DNA of 60,810 bases, counting the filler. It is 3 parts of 3 records of this genome, joined end to end, with 100 filler letters (N's around TTAATTAATTAA, not from the genome) between each part and the next. Parts side by side here need not be neighbours in the genome. Positions count along the whole stretch, not along the records: positions 1 to 26,462 come from SRR22947727_1396; 2 more parts are not named here. One strand, 5' to 3'. The position numbers and the translations under genes were made by a program. This document shows, piece by piece, positions 1 through 10,827 of this stretch. The notes beneath the pieces were generated by a model. It saw only the letters and a list, made by a program, of their open reading frames with translations. It had not been told where the DNA came from and searched no databases. Positions within the stretch are counted from its first letter, which is position 1. Each line of letters starts with the position of its first letter.

Positions 1-27
1 GTTCGATGAACAGACCCTATTGGTTCG
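1..27. repeat. Half copy of the ~45-bp palindromic REP-like repeat at contig start
   Basis: GTTCGATGAACAGACCCTATTGGTTCG matches the centre and right arm of the copies at 13852, 21409, 21463, 26414 and 55564. Confidence 0.8.
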
Positions 28-92
28 TTTTTTTCTGGATCTGCGACACTGGCGTTCTTGCGGCTCGAAAATCATCGCGGTGACGCGGACGG

Positions 93-2120
93 GTGTTTAC
101 CCTTTCATCTATGAAATCTCTGCTTCATGGCGCTGCTCTCGCGCTGCTTTTTCCTTTCCAATCCGGCGTCTGTGAGGACGACGCTATTCTTCCGACGACG
201 CTGCCGTCGGGCGGGCCGCCGTCGGAAATGATGGCGCGATGGCTGAAAGCGGAGGCTTTTGCGGCGCTGGATCGTCGGAAGGAAGCGTTGGAGATGGTGA
301 AGTCTCCGGAGGAAATGGAGAAATGGCAAGAGGAGCGGAAGGCGTTTTTCCTGAAACAAATCGGAGGGCTGCCGGAGCGGACGCCGCTGAATGCGAAGGT
401 GACGGGCACGATGGAGGGCGATGGGTATCGGGTGGAGAAGTTGTATTTTGAATCGCAGCCGGGGCTGCATGTCACGGCGAATTTGTACCTGCCGCTGGGC
501 AAGGGGCCGTTCCCGGCGGTGATTCATCCCACGGGGCATAGTAATACGGGGAAAGGGCGGGATTTATACCAGATGGCGTCGATAACGATCGCGCGCGGTG
601 GCTGCGCGGCGCTGTGTTACGATCCGATTGCGCAGGGGGAGCGTCAGCAAATCCCGGGGCCGGAGGGGAAGCTTTTCGCAAGCACGTCTCAGCATTCGCT
701 GATTAATCAAGGGCTGGTTTTGCTAGGGAGTAACACGTCACGGATCATGATCTGGGATGGGATGCGGGCGATCGATTATCTGCAGAGCCGACCGGACATC
801 ATGAAGGGTAAGATCGGGTGCACGGGAATTTCCGGCGGGGGAACGAATACGAGTTATCTGATGGCGCTGGATGATCGGATTGTGGCGGCTGCGCCGGGAT
901 GTTATCTGACGGGGTTTCGGAGTTTGCTGTCGACGCTGGGGCCGCAGGACGCGGAACAGAATGTGCACGGGCAGATCGGGTTCGGGATGGATCAGGCGGA
1001 CTATGTGCTGATGCGTTTGCCGAAGCCGACGCTGATCATGGCGGCGACGGAGGATTATTTCGGGATTGAGGGGGCGTGGGATCTTTTCCGCCAGGGGAAA
1101 CGGTTTGCGACGCGACAGGGTTTTCCGGAACGGGTGAACCTGGTGGAGCCGGATACGGAACACGGGTTCCCGCCGGAGATGCGACTTGCGGCGGCGAACT
1201 GGATGCGTCGCTGGCTTCTGGATCTGGATGAGCCGATCCGGGAGGAGGGCGAATTGAACCCGCTCGCTCCTGAGGAAATGTTTGCGACGCCGAACGGAAA
1301 GGTTCTCGATTTGGAAGGGGCGCGCTCGGCTTTTGAAATCACGCAAGCGTGGTGTGAGACGTTTGAGGCTTCCCGAAAAGAAAATGCGAAGCCGGCAAAT
1401 CGCGAGGTACTTCTTAAGAAAGTGCGGGCGCTGATCGGGGCGCGGGAGTTGGAGGATTTGCCGGATATAGCAGGCGAGGAGCTGGGGGATGATCAATTTA
1501 TCCTCGAATCGGAGCCGGGGATTTCGTTGCCGGTTCATCTCGTTCGGAATTCGAAAACGGAATACACAATTTACCTAAACGGCGCGGGAAGTGCGGCAGC
1601 GATCGCGGCGGGTGATGTCGAAGCGCTCGCGGAAGACACGGGGAATTCGGTAATGGCGGTTGATCTTCGCGGGCTGGGTGAAACGAGTGTTGCCGGCAAG
1701 CCATCGGGTTTTGATAAGGCTTTCGGCCGGGATTGGAAGGATACATCGACGGCCAGCCTGCTGGGGAAATCGTATGTCGGAATGCGGACGGAGGATATCT
1801 GGCAAGTGGTGCGGGCGCTTCGTGCCAAGACGGGGACTGATGATCTGAAGGTGAACGTCGTTGCGATTCGTGAAGCGGCGATTCCGGCGCTGCATGCGGT
1901 GGCTCTGGAACCGGATTTATTTGGTACGGTGAGGATTTCTCACGCCATTGATTCGTGGAAGGATGTGGTGAATACGCGGCAGGTCAGGAATCAGCAACCG
2001 AACTTGGTGTTCGGTGCGCTGCGCGACTACGATCTCCCAATGCTGCGTGAAGTGATCGGCAAGGAGCGGCTGACGGTCGAGAATCCTGTCGGCGCGGACT
2101 GGATGCCTGTTGCGAACTAA
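93..2120 (+). CDS. Secreted alpha/beta-hydrolase, acetyl-xylan-esterase-like, two hydrolase domains
   Basis: Signal peptide; GxSxG nucleophile motif (GISGGG); VEKLYFESQPGLHVTANLYLP and WDGMRAIDYLQSRPD segments typical of this PVC family; true start probably ATG at 111. Confidence 0.8.
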   Translation: MFTLSSMKSLLHGAALALLFPFQSGVCEDDAILPTTLPSGGPPSEMMARWLKAEAFAALDRRKEALEMVKSPEEMEKWQEERKAFFLKQIGGLPERTPLNAKVTGTMEGDGYRVEKLYFESQPGLHVTANLYLPLGKGPFPAVIHPTGHSNTGKGRDLYQMASITIARGGCAALCYDPIAQGERQQIPGPEGKLFASTSQHSLINQGLVLLGSNTSRIMIWDGMRAIDYLQSRPDIMKGKIGCTGISGGGTNTSYLMALDDRIVAAAPGCYLTGFRSLLSTLGPQDAEQNVHGQIGFGMDQADYVLMRLPKPTLIMAATEDYFGIEGAWDLFRQGKRFATRQGFPERVNLVEPDTEHGFPPEMRLAAANWMRRWLLDLDEPIREEGELNPLAPEEMFATPNGKVLDLEGARSAFEITQAWCETFEASRKENAKPANREVLLKKVRALIGARELEDLPDIAGEELGDDQFILESEPGISLPVHLVRNSKTEYTIYLNGAGSAAAIAAGDVEALAEDTGNSVMAVDLRGLGETSVAGKPSGFDKAFGRDWKDTSTASLLGKSYVGMRTEDIWQVVRALRAKTGTDDLKVNVVAIREAAIPALHAVALEPDLFGTVRISHAIDSWKDVVNTRQVRNQQPNLVFGALRDYDLPMLREVIGKERLTVENPVGADWMPVAN

Positions 2121-2130
2121 TTTGATTCTT

Positions 2131-2958
2131 ATGACAGATGAAACACCGCTCCGGCTGCTGTTGATTGTGGCCCACCCCGACGATGCTGAGGCCCGATGCG
2201 GTGGGCTGATGACTCGCTACCGGAAAGCGGGGCACGCCGTGAAATGGATCTCGATGACGAATGGCGACGCCGGTCATCACAAGATAAAGGGGGCTGAGCT
2301 GGCAGCGATTCGGAAAACGGAATCGGAAAACGCGGTGGCGGTGATCGGGGCGGAATGCGAGATCTGGGATACGCCTGATGGCCACCTCGAGCCGTCTCTG
2401 GAGCTTCGCTGGGGGGTCATTCGCGCGATACGTGCTTTCCAACCGGACTTGGTCGTGACGCATCGAACGTGTGATTATCATCCTGATCATCGTGCAGTTG
2501 GTCAGCTGGTGCAGGACGCTTCGTTTTCGGTGACGGTTCCTGCGCTGGTGCCGGATACTCCCGCGTTAGAAAAAGATCCGGTGATCGCATCCATGGCCGA
2601 TCTTTTTACGCGGCCAAATCGATTGCGGTCTGACATTATCCACAATGTTGATCCTTACACCGACACGATAATCGATTTGTTTTCCTGCCATGCGTCACAG
2701 GTGTTTGAATGGCTGCCGCACAATATGGGAATCACCGATCCGGTTCCTGACGGCGCGGATGAGCGTCATGCCTGGATGCGGAAGCATTTCATGACGCGGC
2801 TTTACGAAAAAGTCGCGGATGCTTATCGCGCCGAGCTCATTGCTGAATATGGAGAAGCTGCGGGAAGCAAGGTCCAGCTAGCGGAGGTGTATGAGATCAG
2901 TGAATATGCTCGGCCGCTCGATGACGAGTTGAAGCGGCGGCTTTTTGATCTTGCGTGA
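2131..2958 (+). CDS. PIG-L/LmbE family deacetylase
   Basis: AHPDD and HPDH metal-binding motifs, TNGDAG motif. Confidence 0.9.
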   Translation: MTDETPLRLLLIVAHPDDAEARCGGLMTRYRKAGHAVKWISMTNGDAGHHKIKGAELAAIRKTESENAVAVIGAECEIWDTPDGHLEPSLELRWGVIRAIRAFQPDLVVTHRTCDYHPDHRAVGQLVQDASFSVTVPALVPDTPALEKDPVIASMADLFTRPNRLRSDIIHNVDPYTDTIIDLFSCHASQVFEWLPHNMGITDPVPDGADERHAWMRKHFMTRLYEKVADAYRAELIAEYGEAAGSKVQLAEVYEISEYARPLDDELKRRLFDLA

Positions 2959-3455
2959 CGAGTGATCGGGGTTTGCGAAAGGAGTATCGCAGAAGAGATG
3001 ATTGATTGCCGTCAGGGTTCCGCCGTTCGACTCTCCACGGAGGTTGGAATATAACCATAGAAAACCATCGCTACCGCGGCGTGGATACGGACATCTACTT
3101 CCGCGACCACAGGACAACACCGATGATGGCGAGAGAAATGAGAACAAGAATAATCCGACCGGATTTGCTCTTCGTTGCATTGCAAATGAGTCAAAGCATG
3201 ATGACTAAAATCTGCCCCTTTCCGGATTTAGCAAGCCTTCATCAAGATCCGCTGCTCGTGACGTTCAAGAGGATTGAATTTCTATTTCTCGGGTTTCTAT
3301 CAGCTCGTCGGTCCGGCTGAAATTGAGGGGTGCCATTTCATCTCGGCGTTGATGCCCCGGGGTTTCGGGCTGGGTAACGAACATCCCAAATCCCTACCCC
3401 ATAACGCGTGCACGGGAACACCGCGATACGATCCGTCTGGTTTCAATCTGTGTCC

Positions 3456-4307
3456 TTAGCTCGCCAGCTCCTCCCATACAGTTCGCACTTCTGCCATCGC
3501 AGCGGGAATATCATCAGGCACTTTGCCTTCCTCGACCAGAGTCCAGCCGTTGAAGCCCGTCTCTTTCAAAAGCGCAAAAAACTCGGCCCACGGATACTTT
3601 TCCTCGTGTCGCAAGTCGTGAATATGAATTGTCGAAACGCGATCTTTCAACGCCAGGTAATTCTTCCGCAGGCCATCGCCCTCGAGATCAGCCGGGTTAC
3701 AATTCCAGCAAACCTTCGAGTTGGGATGCTCGGAATGTTTGAAGATGGTGATTATGTTCGGAATTTCCTTAGTCCCCTTCCCGTGAACTTCTGTGCGGAT
3801 CTCAACCCCGTGATCGGCCCCGAACGCAGCGACTTCGTCGAGCGATTTCCCAATCTGCTCGAGCGTTTTTTCGACAGGCACGTCTTTGGGCAATCCATTC
3901 GGACGCACCTTGATTCCCGTGCCACCAATATCTTTGCAGAGCAAAATGAACGCCTTGGTCTCTTCGATGTTCTTTTTTAAGACGGCGGGATCAGCGGAAT
4001 GATATTCGCAAGCCGTGCCCGGCCCCACGCATTCAACCGGCGAATCAGCGAACATCCTGGCGACTTCTTTTCGCTGCTCAGCCGACAAGTTTGGTTCGAC
4101 TTTGTGTGCGTGCGTCGAACGCAACTCGATGCCGGAGAACTTCGCTTTTTCGCATTGCTTTAGGAGCTCGGGAAGTTCCAATCCCTTGCCCCAGTTGTAG
4201 GTCACAAGCCCCAGCTTCATCCCGGAGAACTCAGCGGCTTGAAAATTCGGAGCCGCCGCAAACGCGAGCCCTCCTGCTACGGTTTGGAAAAAAGATCGAC
4301 GTTTCAT
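3456..4307 (-). CDS. Tat-exported sugar phosphate isomerase/epimerase (xylose-isomerase-like TIM barrel)
   Basis: MKRRSFF twin-arginine signal; GIELR, EVHG and IHIHD motifs. Confidence 0.8.
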   Translation of the reverse strand: MKRRSFFQTVAGGLAFAAAPNFQAAEFSGMKLGLVTYNWGKGLELPELLKQCEKAKFSGIELRSTHAHKVEPNLSAEQRKEVARMFADSPVECVGPGTACEYHSADPAVLKKNIEETKAFILLCKDIGGTGIKVRPNGLPKDVPVEKTLEQIGKSLDEVAAFGADHGVEIRTEVHGKGTKEIPNIITIFKHSEHPNSKVCWNCNPADLEGDGLRKNYLALKDRVSTIHIHDLRHEEKYPWAEFFALLKETGFNGWTLVEEGKVPDDIPAAMAEVRTVWEELAS

Positions 4308-4396
4308 TCATCAAAAATATAAGTTCACGTCCGCAAGAGCAATCCGATAGATTGGCGCAAAGCGGATTTTCAAGCGCTCGACTTTGTCGTGGACCA

Positions 4397-5551
4397 ATGA
4401 TGAAATACGTTCCAGAAATGAAGCCTTTCACCAAAATTTTCGCCGCCCTTCTTGTATTGATGACTGCCCTTTCGATTGCCAAAGCAGACGATCCTCTCGT
4501 TTTCGTATCCGCCTTCAAATCGAGAGAGGAAGGAGCCATTCATGCCTACACGTTCGATTCTGAAAGCGGCACCCTCACCCTGGCGCATCGAACCACGGAT
4601 GTTGAAAACCCGTTTTTCATGACGCTCTCTGATGACGGCAATTTTCTCTACGCGATTCACGCCCTCGCTTTTGGCGGCGAGGAAAACGAGGGAGTCGCCG
4701 CCTACAAAGTCGAAGGACGCAGCGGAAAATTAAGCCTCCTAAATCGTCAATCGTCGAAAGGAACCGCTTCATGTTATCTCGATATCGATTCGACCGGCAA
4801 CGCCGTGGTGGTCGCCAATTATTCAACCGGCGATGTTGCTTCCTATTCGATCGCGGAAGGCGGCAAGCTGAGCAAACCCGTTTCGTATTTCAAACACGAG
4901 GGCTCCAGCGTCGATCCCAAGCGCCAGAAAAGCCCCAACGCTCACAGCATCGTCGTAAGTCCCGACAACAAATACGTTTTTGCCGCTGACCTTGGAATTG
5001 ACAAGGTGATGATTTATAAACTCGGCGCGGAGAAAGCAACGCTAACGCCGAACGACCCCGCTTTTGCTAAACTCCCGCCGGGGTCAGGCCCTCGCCATTC
5101 CACGTTTCATCCAAACGGAAAGTTCTTCTACGTCATCAACGAAATGACGAACACCGTTTCTGTTTTCGGATACGATTCAGCAACCGGTTCCCTCACTGAC
5201 CTGCAAATCATCTCGACCCTGCCCGAAGGGTCTGAAGTGCGAACCCACACGGCTGATCTCAAAATCACACCCGATGGGAAATTTCTCTACGGCACAAATC
5301 GAGGTCACGACAGCATCGCGAGCTACCGGATTGGCGATGACGGGAAACTAACGCTGCTCAACATTCAACCCAGCCTGGGGAAAGGCCCACAAAATCTTGC
5401 GATCCTGCCCGATGGAAAGCACCTGCTATGCGCCAACATGCCGGGCAACAACGTCGTCGTTTTCAAAATCGATCCTGAAACTGGAGAGCTAAGCGCAATC
5501 GGCGACCCGATCGAAATCCCGATGCCCGCCTGTATCATGATCAAGCCGTGA
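4397..5551 (+). CDS. pgl: 6-phosphogluconolactonase (lactonase family beta-propeller)
   Basis: ANYSTG, AHSIVVSPD, ADLGID, GSGPRH, YGTNRGHDSI motifs; start at 4397 or 4418 rather than the ORF-track 4091. Confidence 0.85.
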   Translation: MMKYVPEMKPFTKIFAALLVLMTALSIAKADDPLVFVSAFKSREEGAIHAYTFDSESGTLTLAHRTTDVENPFFMTLSDDGNFLYAIHALAFGGEENEGVAAYKVEGRSGKLSLLNRQSSKGTASCYLDIDSTGNAVVVANYSTGDVASYSIAEGGKLSKPVSYFKHEGSSVDPKRQKSPNAHSIVVSPDNKYVFAADLGIDKVMIYKLGAEKATLTPNDPAFAKLPPGSGPRHSTFHPNGKFFYVINEMTNTVSVFGYDSATGSLTDLQIISTLPEGSEVRTHTADLKITPDGKFLYGTNRGHDSIASYRIGDDGKLTLLNIQPSLGKGPQNLAILPDGKHLLCANMPGNNVVVFKIDPETGELSAIGDPIEIPMPACIMIKP

Positions 5552-5560
5552 GAGGCCCGA

Positions 5561-6988
5561 CTACGAAATGATTTCCTGGATGACCTTGCCAGCCACATCG
5601 GTGAGTCGGAAGTCGCGGCCGTTGAAGCGGTAGGTCAGCTTCTCGTGATTGAGTCCGAAAAGGTGTAGCACCGTGGCGTGGATATCATGAACGCTAGTCC
5701 GGTTTTCAACCGCCTTGTAGCCGAATTCATCGGACGCGCCGTAGTGGACGCCGCCCTTGATTCCCCCGCCGGCCATCCAGGTGGTGTAGGCGTGAGGATT
5801 ATGATCCCTGCCTTTGCCTCCCTGCGAATCGGAAGTCCGACCGAACTCGCCGCCCCAGATTACGAGGGTTGAGTCAAGCAAGCCGCGCGATTTCAGATCA
5901 TCCAACAAAGCGCCGACTGGCTGATCCATGCTGGCGGCGCAGGCGGTGTGGTTTGCCTTAATATCACTGTGGCCATCCCATGGAACGTCAGCAACTCCGC
6001 CTCCAGGTGTGCTGGTTGAACTCGCAAACACCTGAACGAAACGCACTCCGCTCTCAACGAGACGTCTCGCAGTGAGACATTGCTTTCCGTAGTCTTTCGA
6101 TTCTTTTCGATCGAGGCCGTACATCTTTCGAACCGATTCTGGTTCTGCTGTGACATCGAAGACTTCGGGAGCGGCGGTTTGCATTCGGTAGGCCAGTTCG
6201 AAGGATTCGAGGCGCGCGGAGAGATCGCGGTCGAGCGGGCGTTCCTCGGCGTGATGTTGATTCGTCTGGCGCAGAGCGTCGAGAAGAGATCTCTGCTGCT
6301 TGTCATCAAATTGGGCGTGACGCGCGAGGTTGTCGATCGGTTTCGGTTTGCGCGGGTCGAGGGAGGTCGCCTGGTAAACTGAAGGTAAAAATCCGGAGGA
6401 CCAAATCGGATCGCCGCCCCGGGGTTTCGTCCCGTGCATCACCACGTAGGCCGGCAGGTTGCCGTTTTCACTTCCTAGGCCATAGGTCAGCCAGCTGCCG
6501 ATGCTGGGATGGCCCTGCCGGATCATTCCCGAATTGGCTTCGAGCATCGCAGGAGTGTGGTTGTTCGATTTCGAATAACACGAGTAGATAAAGGCCATGT
6601 CATCAACGTGACGGGCCATGTTCGGTAAAATTTCCGATACCCAGGATCCTGACTCACCATGCTGCTTGAAGACAAATGGGGAACCGAGGCATTTTCCCGA
6701 GGTCGTAAAAAAACCGGTTTTCGGATCGGCCCCTTCGAGCGTTTCTCCGTTCCGCTTTTGCAGCACCGGCTTGTAGTCAAAGGTATCGACTTGCGATGGA
6801 CTTCCTGTTTGGTGGAGCCAGATCACCGACTTTGCCTTGGGAAGGAATTCGGGAACCCCACTCGAGAGCGGATTTTCAGACGCGATTACTCCTTCCTGAT
6901 GGAGCAGGCTGGTCAGCGCGAGCGAGCCGCAGCCGAGACCGGCTTTCTCAAGAAAATTGCGGCGGGATTGGAATAATCGTTCAGACAT
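5561..6988 (-). CDS. DUF1501 family Tat-exported sulfatase-like protein
   Basis: SRRNFL Tat signal; GSPSQVDTFDYKP, ARRLVESGVRFV, WGGEFGRT, GRDHNP, RDFRLTDVAG motifs. Confidence 0.9.
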   Translation of the reverse strand: MSERLFQSRRNFLEKAGLGCGSLALTSLLHQEGVIASENPLSSGVPEFLPKAKSVIWLHQTGSPSQVDTFDYKPVLQKRNGETLEGADPKTGFFTTSGKCLGSPFVFKQHGESGSWVSEILPNMARHVDDMAFIYSCYSKSNNHTPAMLEANSGMIRQGHPSIGSWLTYGLGSENGNLPAYVVMHGTKPRGGDPIWSSGFLPSVYQATSLDPRKPKPIDNLARHAQFDDKQQRSLLDALRQTNQHHAEERPLDRDLSARLESFELAYRMQTAAPEVFDVTAEPESVRKMYGLDRKESKDYGKQCLTARRLVESGVRFVQVFASSTSTPGGGVADVPWDGHSDIKANHTACAASMDQPVGALLDDLKSRGLLDSTLVIWGGEFGRTSDSQGGKGRDHNPHAYTTWMAGGGIKGGVHYGASDEFGYKAVENRTSVHDIHATVLHLFGLNHEKLTYRFNGRDFRLTDVAGKVIQEIIS

Positions 6989-6999
6989 TTTTTGAGGGG

Positions 7000-9900
7000 T
7001 TAATCAATGTAGAGAAATTCGTTGGCACAGAGCAAGAGGTGGCAGAAATCCTGAAAGGCCGTTTCCAAATTGCCGGTTCGTCCTTTGCTCTGTTTTTCGA
7101 CGAAGGCGACCATTTCGGACAGCTCGCCCGTCGATGGAGTGCGGCCGTAGGCGATCTCGTAGGCTGCGATGATGGCGTCTTCCAGCTTCGTTTCCGGCGT
7201 TGGGCGAGCCCGTTTCGACAGGTCAATCGACCAGTTTCTTACCGCTTCCGAATTTAACATCGCAAGCGCTTGTGGAGCCACCGTCGAGGTTTCGCGCCGC
7301 CCGATGCTTTGCATGGCATCGGGAGCATCGAAGAGTTGGAGCAATTCGATGAGCGAGCCGCGCTTCACAGTCAGATAGACACTGCGGCGGGGCGATTTTG
7401 GATCCAGCGTTCCTTTTCCCAGCGATTTGGGATCAAGCCGGCCACTCACCGCGAGCAGATTGTCGCGAATGGCCTCGGCCTCGAGACGGCGTGACGACTT
7501 CCGCCAGTAGAGCATGTTTTCCGGGTCATTTTCCGGGCCACCAACTGCGGGGGCGCCTCCCTGAAGGTAAACCGAACTGGTCATGATGAGGCGGTGGATA
7601 GGCTTCAATTTCCAATCTTTGGAAAACTCAACGGCAAGCCACTCGAGTAATTCAGGATGGGTGGGACGCTCTCCCCGGGTCCCGAAATCGCTCGGGGTGG
7701 AGACGATCCCGCGACCGAAGTGGTGCTGCCAAAGCCGGTTGGCCATGACGCGGGAAAGGAGAGGACCTGCTCCGGTATCGATGTCAGTGAGCCATTCAGC
7801 GAGGGCTTCCCGAGACTGCGGTTTTTCGGGATCCTGCTTCTCCGGAACATCTGGTTTGGCCGCCCAAGATCGAACATCCGATTCAGCTGTCGAAAAGAAG
7901 GAAAAATTAGTGATGAGATGCTGAGGCCACTGGGATTCCTGAACCATCGTTATTTCGAGGTTCCCGCCGCCCGTTGAGAGGGGGGATTTAAAAATGAGGA
8001 ACAGCTCATTGGTTTTGCCGACCCCGCCGGAAATCGCCCAGCCCTTACTTGGGGCCGGGGTTTTCGCGAGAATGTCGGCAGGAGCAAAACCGGCCTGGCT
8101 AAAACTGGCGAGCGCCGACTCGATTTCAATCGGTGTGCCATTCAGCGTTGCCGTGAGTTGGGAAAGGACAAAATTAGCCGCCTGCGCCGAGGAGACTTCG
8201 ATTCGCAGGGCGGTAATCTCGGTGGGCTCAACAGGTAGAGGCAGTCCGATTGTGTAAATGTCAGTCAGGGGCTTTTCACCGCTCACCGTGACTCCTCCGT
8301 TTTTTCCAACCTTCAATGTTGTCGCTTTCGCGGTGGCAGAAGCTGGCTTCACGAGGCTCCATCGAGAATCAGGTTGAGGATCTTCTTCTCCGAGCCAATG
8401 GGCTTCGCTGGTCCGACTGAGAACACGGAGAAAACCCGCTCGCGCCTCGTCATCCTTGTTGTCTGAGTTCCCGCGGTGAAGGTGGAAAACCTTGTAGGTA
8501 TTTTCGCCGAACTGGTAGGTCGTTCCCCGTGGCTTCGCGGCATAGGTCATTGTCAAATCAGGCTTCGGTTCCTCGCGGGCATGCTTGGTGACGATGGCAT
8601 TTAATTCCGTCCAGCGCTGGTCGTGGGTTTGAAACCAGGTCAGCAATATCTTGCGCTGGGCATCATTCCGTTTTTCCGGTGCCACCTTGAGAATTGGCGT
8701 CACGTTTTTTGGTTCACGATCCTTTTCCAGTGAAGTCTGAAAATAGAATCCGGCATCGCCTCCTCCGTTCGCCAGTTTCATCACCAGAAGGTTTTTGCCC
8801 TTCACCAGCGGCAAGTGGACTTTCAGCTCATCGGCTTTGGCATCACCACCGCGTTTTTCCTCGCCCACTTTGTATCCATTGACCCAAATCTTAATGCCGT
8901 CGTTGCCGCTAACTGATAAACCCACTGATTGCGCCTTCGGGGAAACGATCTCGCGCTGCAGATAGAAAACGCTGTTGGCTCCCTTTAGAATTGCATTGTG
9001 AGCTTCGCCATCTTGCCATTTCGGCTGAGCAGTCCAGGCCCGTTTCTCTTTCTTATTGCCCTCTTCAAACGTTTTCGCGGGATCAAAGTCGAGTTCGATT
9101 TCCGGCCCAAACGGGTCGGCGAACCCCACGTTGAAATCTTTGGCCTTGAACGGTCCGATCGATTGCCACGGTCCGGCTGTGATCGCCTCCGCCTTTGCAT
9201 GATCCGTAAGGAAGGCATCCAGTTGAGGCTTCAGTTCAGCTTCCCGGGTGCTCTTGTTTTGAACAAGTGGTTTGTGAGCTTCATCATATTTCGCTTTCGC
9301 GGCGCGATAGATTTGGGGCTGAAGATCGACCCCGACATCCGAGAATCCGACATCTCCAAACATAGCAGCCAGCTCATAATAGTCGTGGGCGCCAATCGGA
9401 TCGTATTTGTGATCGTGGCAACGGGCACAGCCCACGGTAAGTCCGAGCATCGAAGTGCCGAGCGTATGAATCACATCGTCGAGCTGCTCGTAGCGACTCC
9501 GTTCGCGCTCTTTCTGAGTTTGCTGAGTTGTGAACGGGCCTGAAACGATGAACCCCGTGGCGGAAACCAACTCGAGGGCGCGGGCCGCTTTGTCCGGAGT
9601 GTCCCAGTCCTTCCCTGCATAAATATCTCCGGCGACTTGCTTACGGACAAACTCGCTATAAGGCATGTCGGCATTGAGGCTCTGAATCACCCAGTCGCGG
9701 TAACGCCACGCATTGGGCCGATCTTTATCAAAGGCATAACCATTACTCTCGGCAAAGCGAACCAAATCCAGCCAGTGACGGCCCCATCGTTCTCCGTAGT
9801 GAGGGCTGGCCAGAAGTTCATCAATCAGACCGCCCCAAGCGGAATCGAAATCCTTGTCCGCGGCAGCGACAAATAATGAAACCTGTTCCGGAGTCGGGGG

Positions 9901-10512
9901 AAGGCCAATGAGATCAAAATACGCCCGGCGAACCAGGGAGCGGTGATCCGCGATCGGATTGGCCCCGATACCGGATGCTTCCTGACGGGCGCGGATGAAG
10001 CGGTCGATATCAGTTCTGATCCACTTTTGATCGGTGGCTTGGGGAGTTGATGGTTTAGCAAGCGGTCTGAAGGCCCAGTGCTTCTGACCTGCCGCAATAT
10101 CGACACCATCGGCTTTGATCTCTGCAATTTCTCCATCTCGCGGATCGGGAGCGCCCATTTCAATCCACTTCTGAAAGTCCGCCGCGATGTCGGGACTGAG
10201 CTTGCTCTTCGGCGGCATTTTGAGATCTGACTCATGGCGCAAGGCTCCCAGGATCAATGATTCAGCCGAATTCCCAGGCTCAACTGCGGGACCCGTCTCA
10301 CCGCCTTTCCGAATTCCGGCGCGGGTATCGAGCTGTAATCCGCCTTTTAGCTTTCCATCAGCAGCCGCGCTCGCGGAATGGCATTTGTAGCAATTCTCCG
10401 CCAACACAGGCCGGATCTTCGACTCAAAGAAAGCGACGTCGGCCTCCTGCCCGAAGGCGGATCCAAATAAGAAGCAGAGTAGAAAGCCCGGGAATGATTT
10501 CATGGAAGCCAA
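7000..10512 (-). CDS. PSD1/planctomycete cytochrome c protein (DUF1549/DUF1553)
   Basis: Two CxxCH motifs (CYKCH, CARCHDHKYD); YGERWGRHWLD; ANRLWQHHFGRGIV; paired with the DUF1501 gene. Confidence 0.9.
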   Translation of the reverse strand: MASMKSFPGFLLCFLFGSAFGQEADVAFFESKIRPVLAENCYKCHSASAAADGKLKGGLQLDTRAGIRKGGETGPAVEPGNSAESLILGALRHESDLKMPPKSKLSPDIAADFQKWIEMGAPDPRDGEIAEIKADGVDIAAGQKHWAFRPLAKPSTPQATDQKWIRTDIDRFIRARQEASGIGANPIADHRSLVRRAYFDLIGLPPTPEQVSLFVAAADKDFDSAWGGLIDELLASPHYGERWGRHWLDLVRFAESNGYAFDKDRPNAWRYRDWVIQSLNADMPYSEFVRKQVAGDIYAGKDWDTPDKAARALELVSATGFIVSGPFTTQQTQKERERSRYEQLDDVIHTLGTSMLGLTVGCARCHDHKYDPIGAHDYYELAAMFGDVGFSDVGVDLQPQIYRAAKAKYDEAHKPLVQNKSTREAELKPQLDAFLTDHAKAEAITAGPWQSIGPFKAKDFNVGFADPFGPEIELDFDPAKTFEEGNKKEKRAWTAQPKWQDGEAHNAILKGANSVFYLQREIVSPKAQSVGLSVSGNDGIKIWVNGYKVGEEKRGGDAKADELKVHLPLVKGKNLLVMKLANGGGDAGFYFQTSLEKDREPKNVTPILKVAPEKRNDAQRKILLTWFQTHDQRWTELNAIVTKHAREEPKPDLTMTYAAKPRGTTYQFGENTYKVFHLHRGNSDNKDDEARAGFLRVLSRTSEAHWLGEEDPQPDSRWSLVKPASATAKATTLKVGKNGGVTVSGEKPLTDIYTIGLPLPVEPTEITALRIEVSSAQAANFVLSQLTATLNGTPIEIESALASFSQAGFAPADILAKTPAPSKGWAISGGVGKTNELFLIFKSPLSTGGGNLEITMVQESQWPQHLITNFSFFSTAESDVRSWAAKPDVPEKQDPEKPQSREALAEWLTDIDTGAGPLLSRVMANRLWQHHFGRGIVSTPSDFGTRGERPTHPELLEWLAVEFSKDWKLKPIHRLIMTSSVYLQGGAPAVGGPENDPENMLYWRKSSRRLEAEAIRDNLLAVSGRLDPKSLGKGTLDPKSPRRSVYLTVKRGSLIELLQLFDAPDAMQSIGRRETSTVAPQALAMLNSEAVRNWSIDLSKRARPTPETKLEDAIIAAYEIAYGRTPSTGELSEMVAFVEKQSKGRTGNLETAFQDFCHLLLCANEFLYID

Positions 10513-10827
10513 ACTTACGAAATTGTGCCAATTAAGAAAGGTGTCTCATTGCGTAGGTCACCGAGACTCCTTCAAAAATTCACCAACAGTTTTTTCCAGT
10601 TTTTCATGGCCATTGGTCACACCGATAAGCGCGGCTGGATGTCCGCCGACGATGCCAGTAGTCGGCGGAAACAAGTTATCTCGGCCAATACTGCATCGCG
10701 CCTCAGCGCATACATCTGGAAACTCTCGTCCGATGCAAAAATTCCCGAAGGTGACTATCTGATCGGGGTTTCCACCGCAAACCTGCCATTGCGCTATTTA
10801 GGAGGTTCGGCAGAATGCATTTCCTCT

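Noticed and set aside
2960-3450. Short overlapping ORFs between the deacetylase and isomerase genes
   Set aside because: No recognisable motif; a hydrophobic minus-strand frame is interrupted by stops, so it may be a gene remnant, but I cannot support a call.
5561-10512. PSD1/cytochrome c plus DUF1501 pair as a novel system
   Set aside because: Function is unknown, but it is a well-known, highly paralogous pair in PVC genomes.
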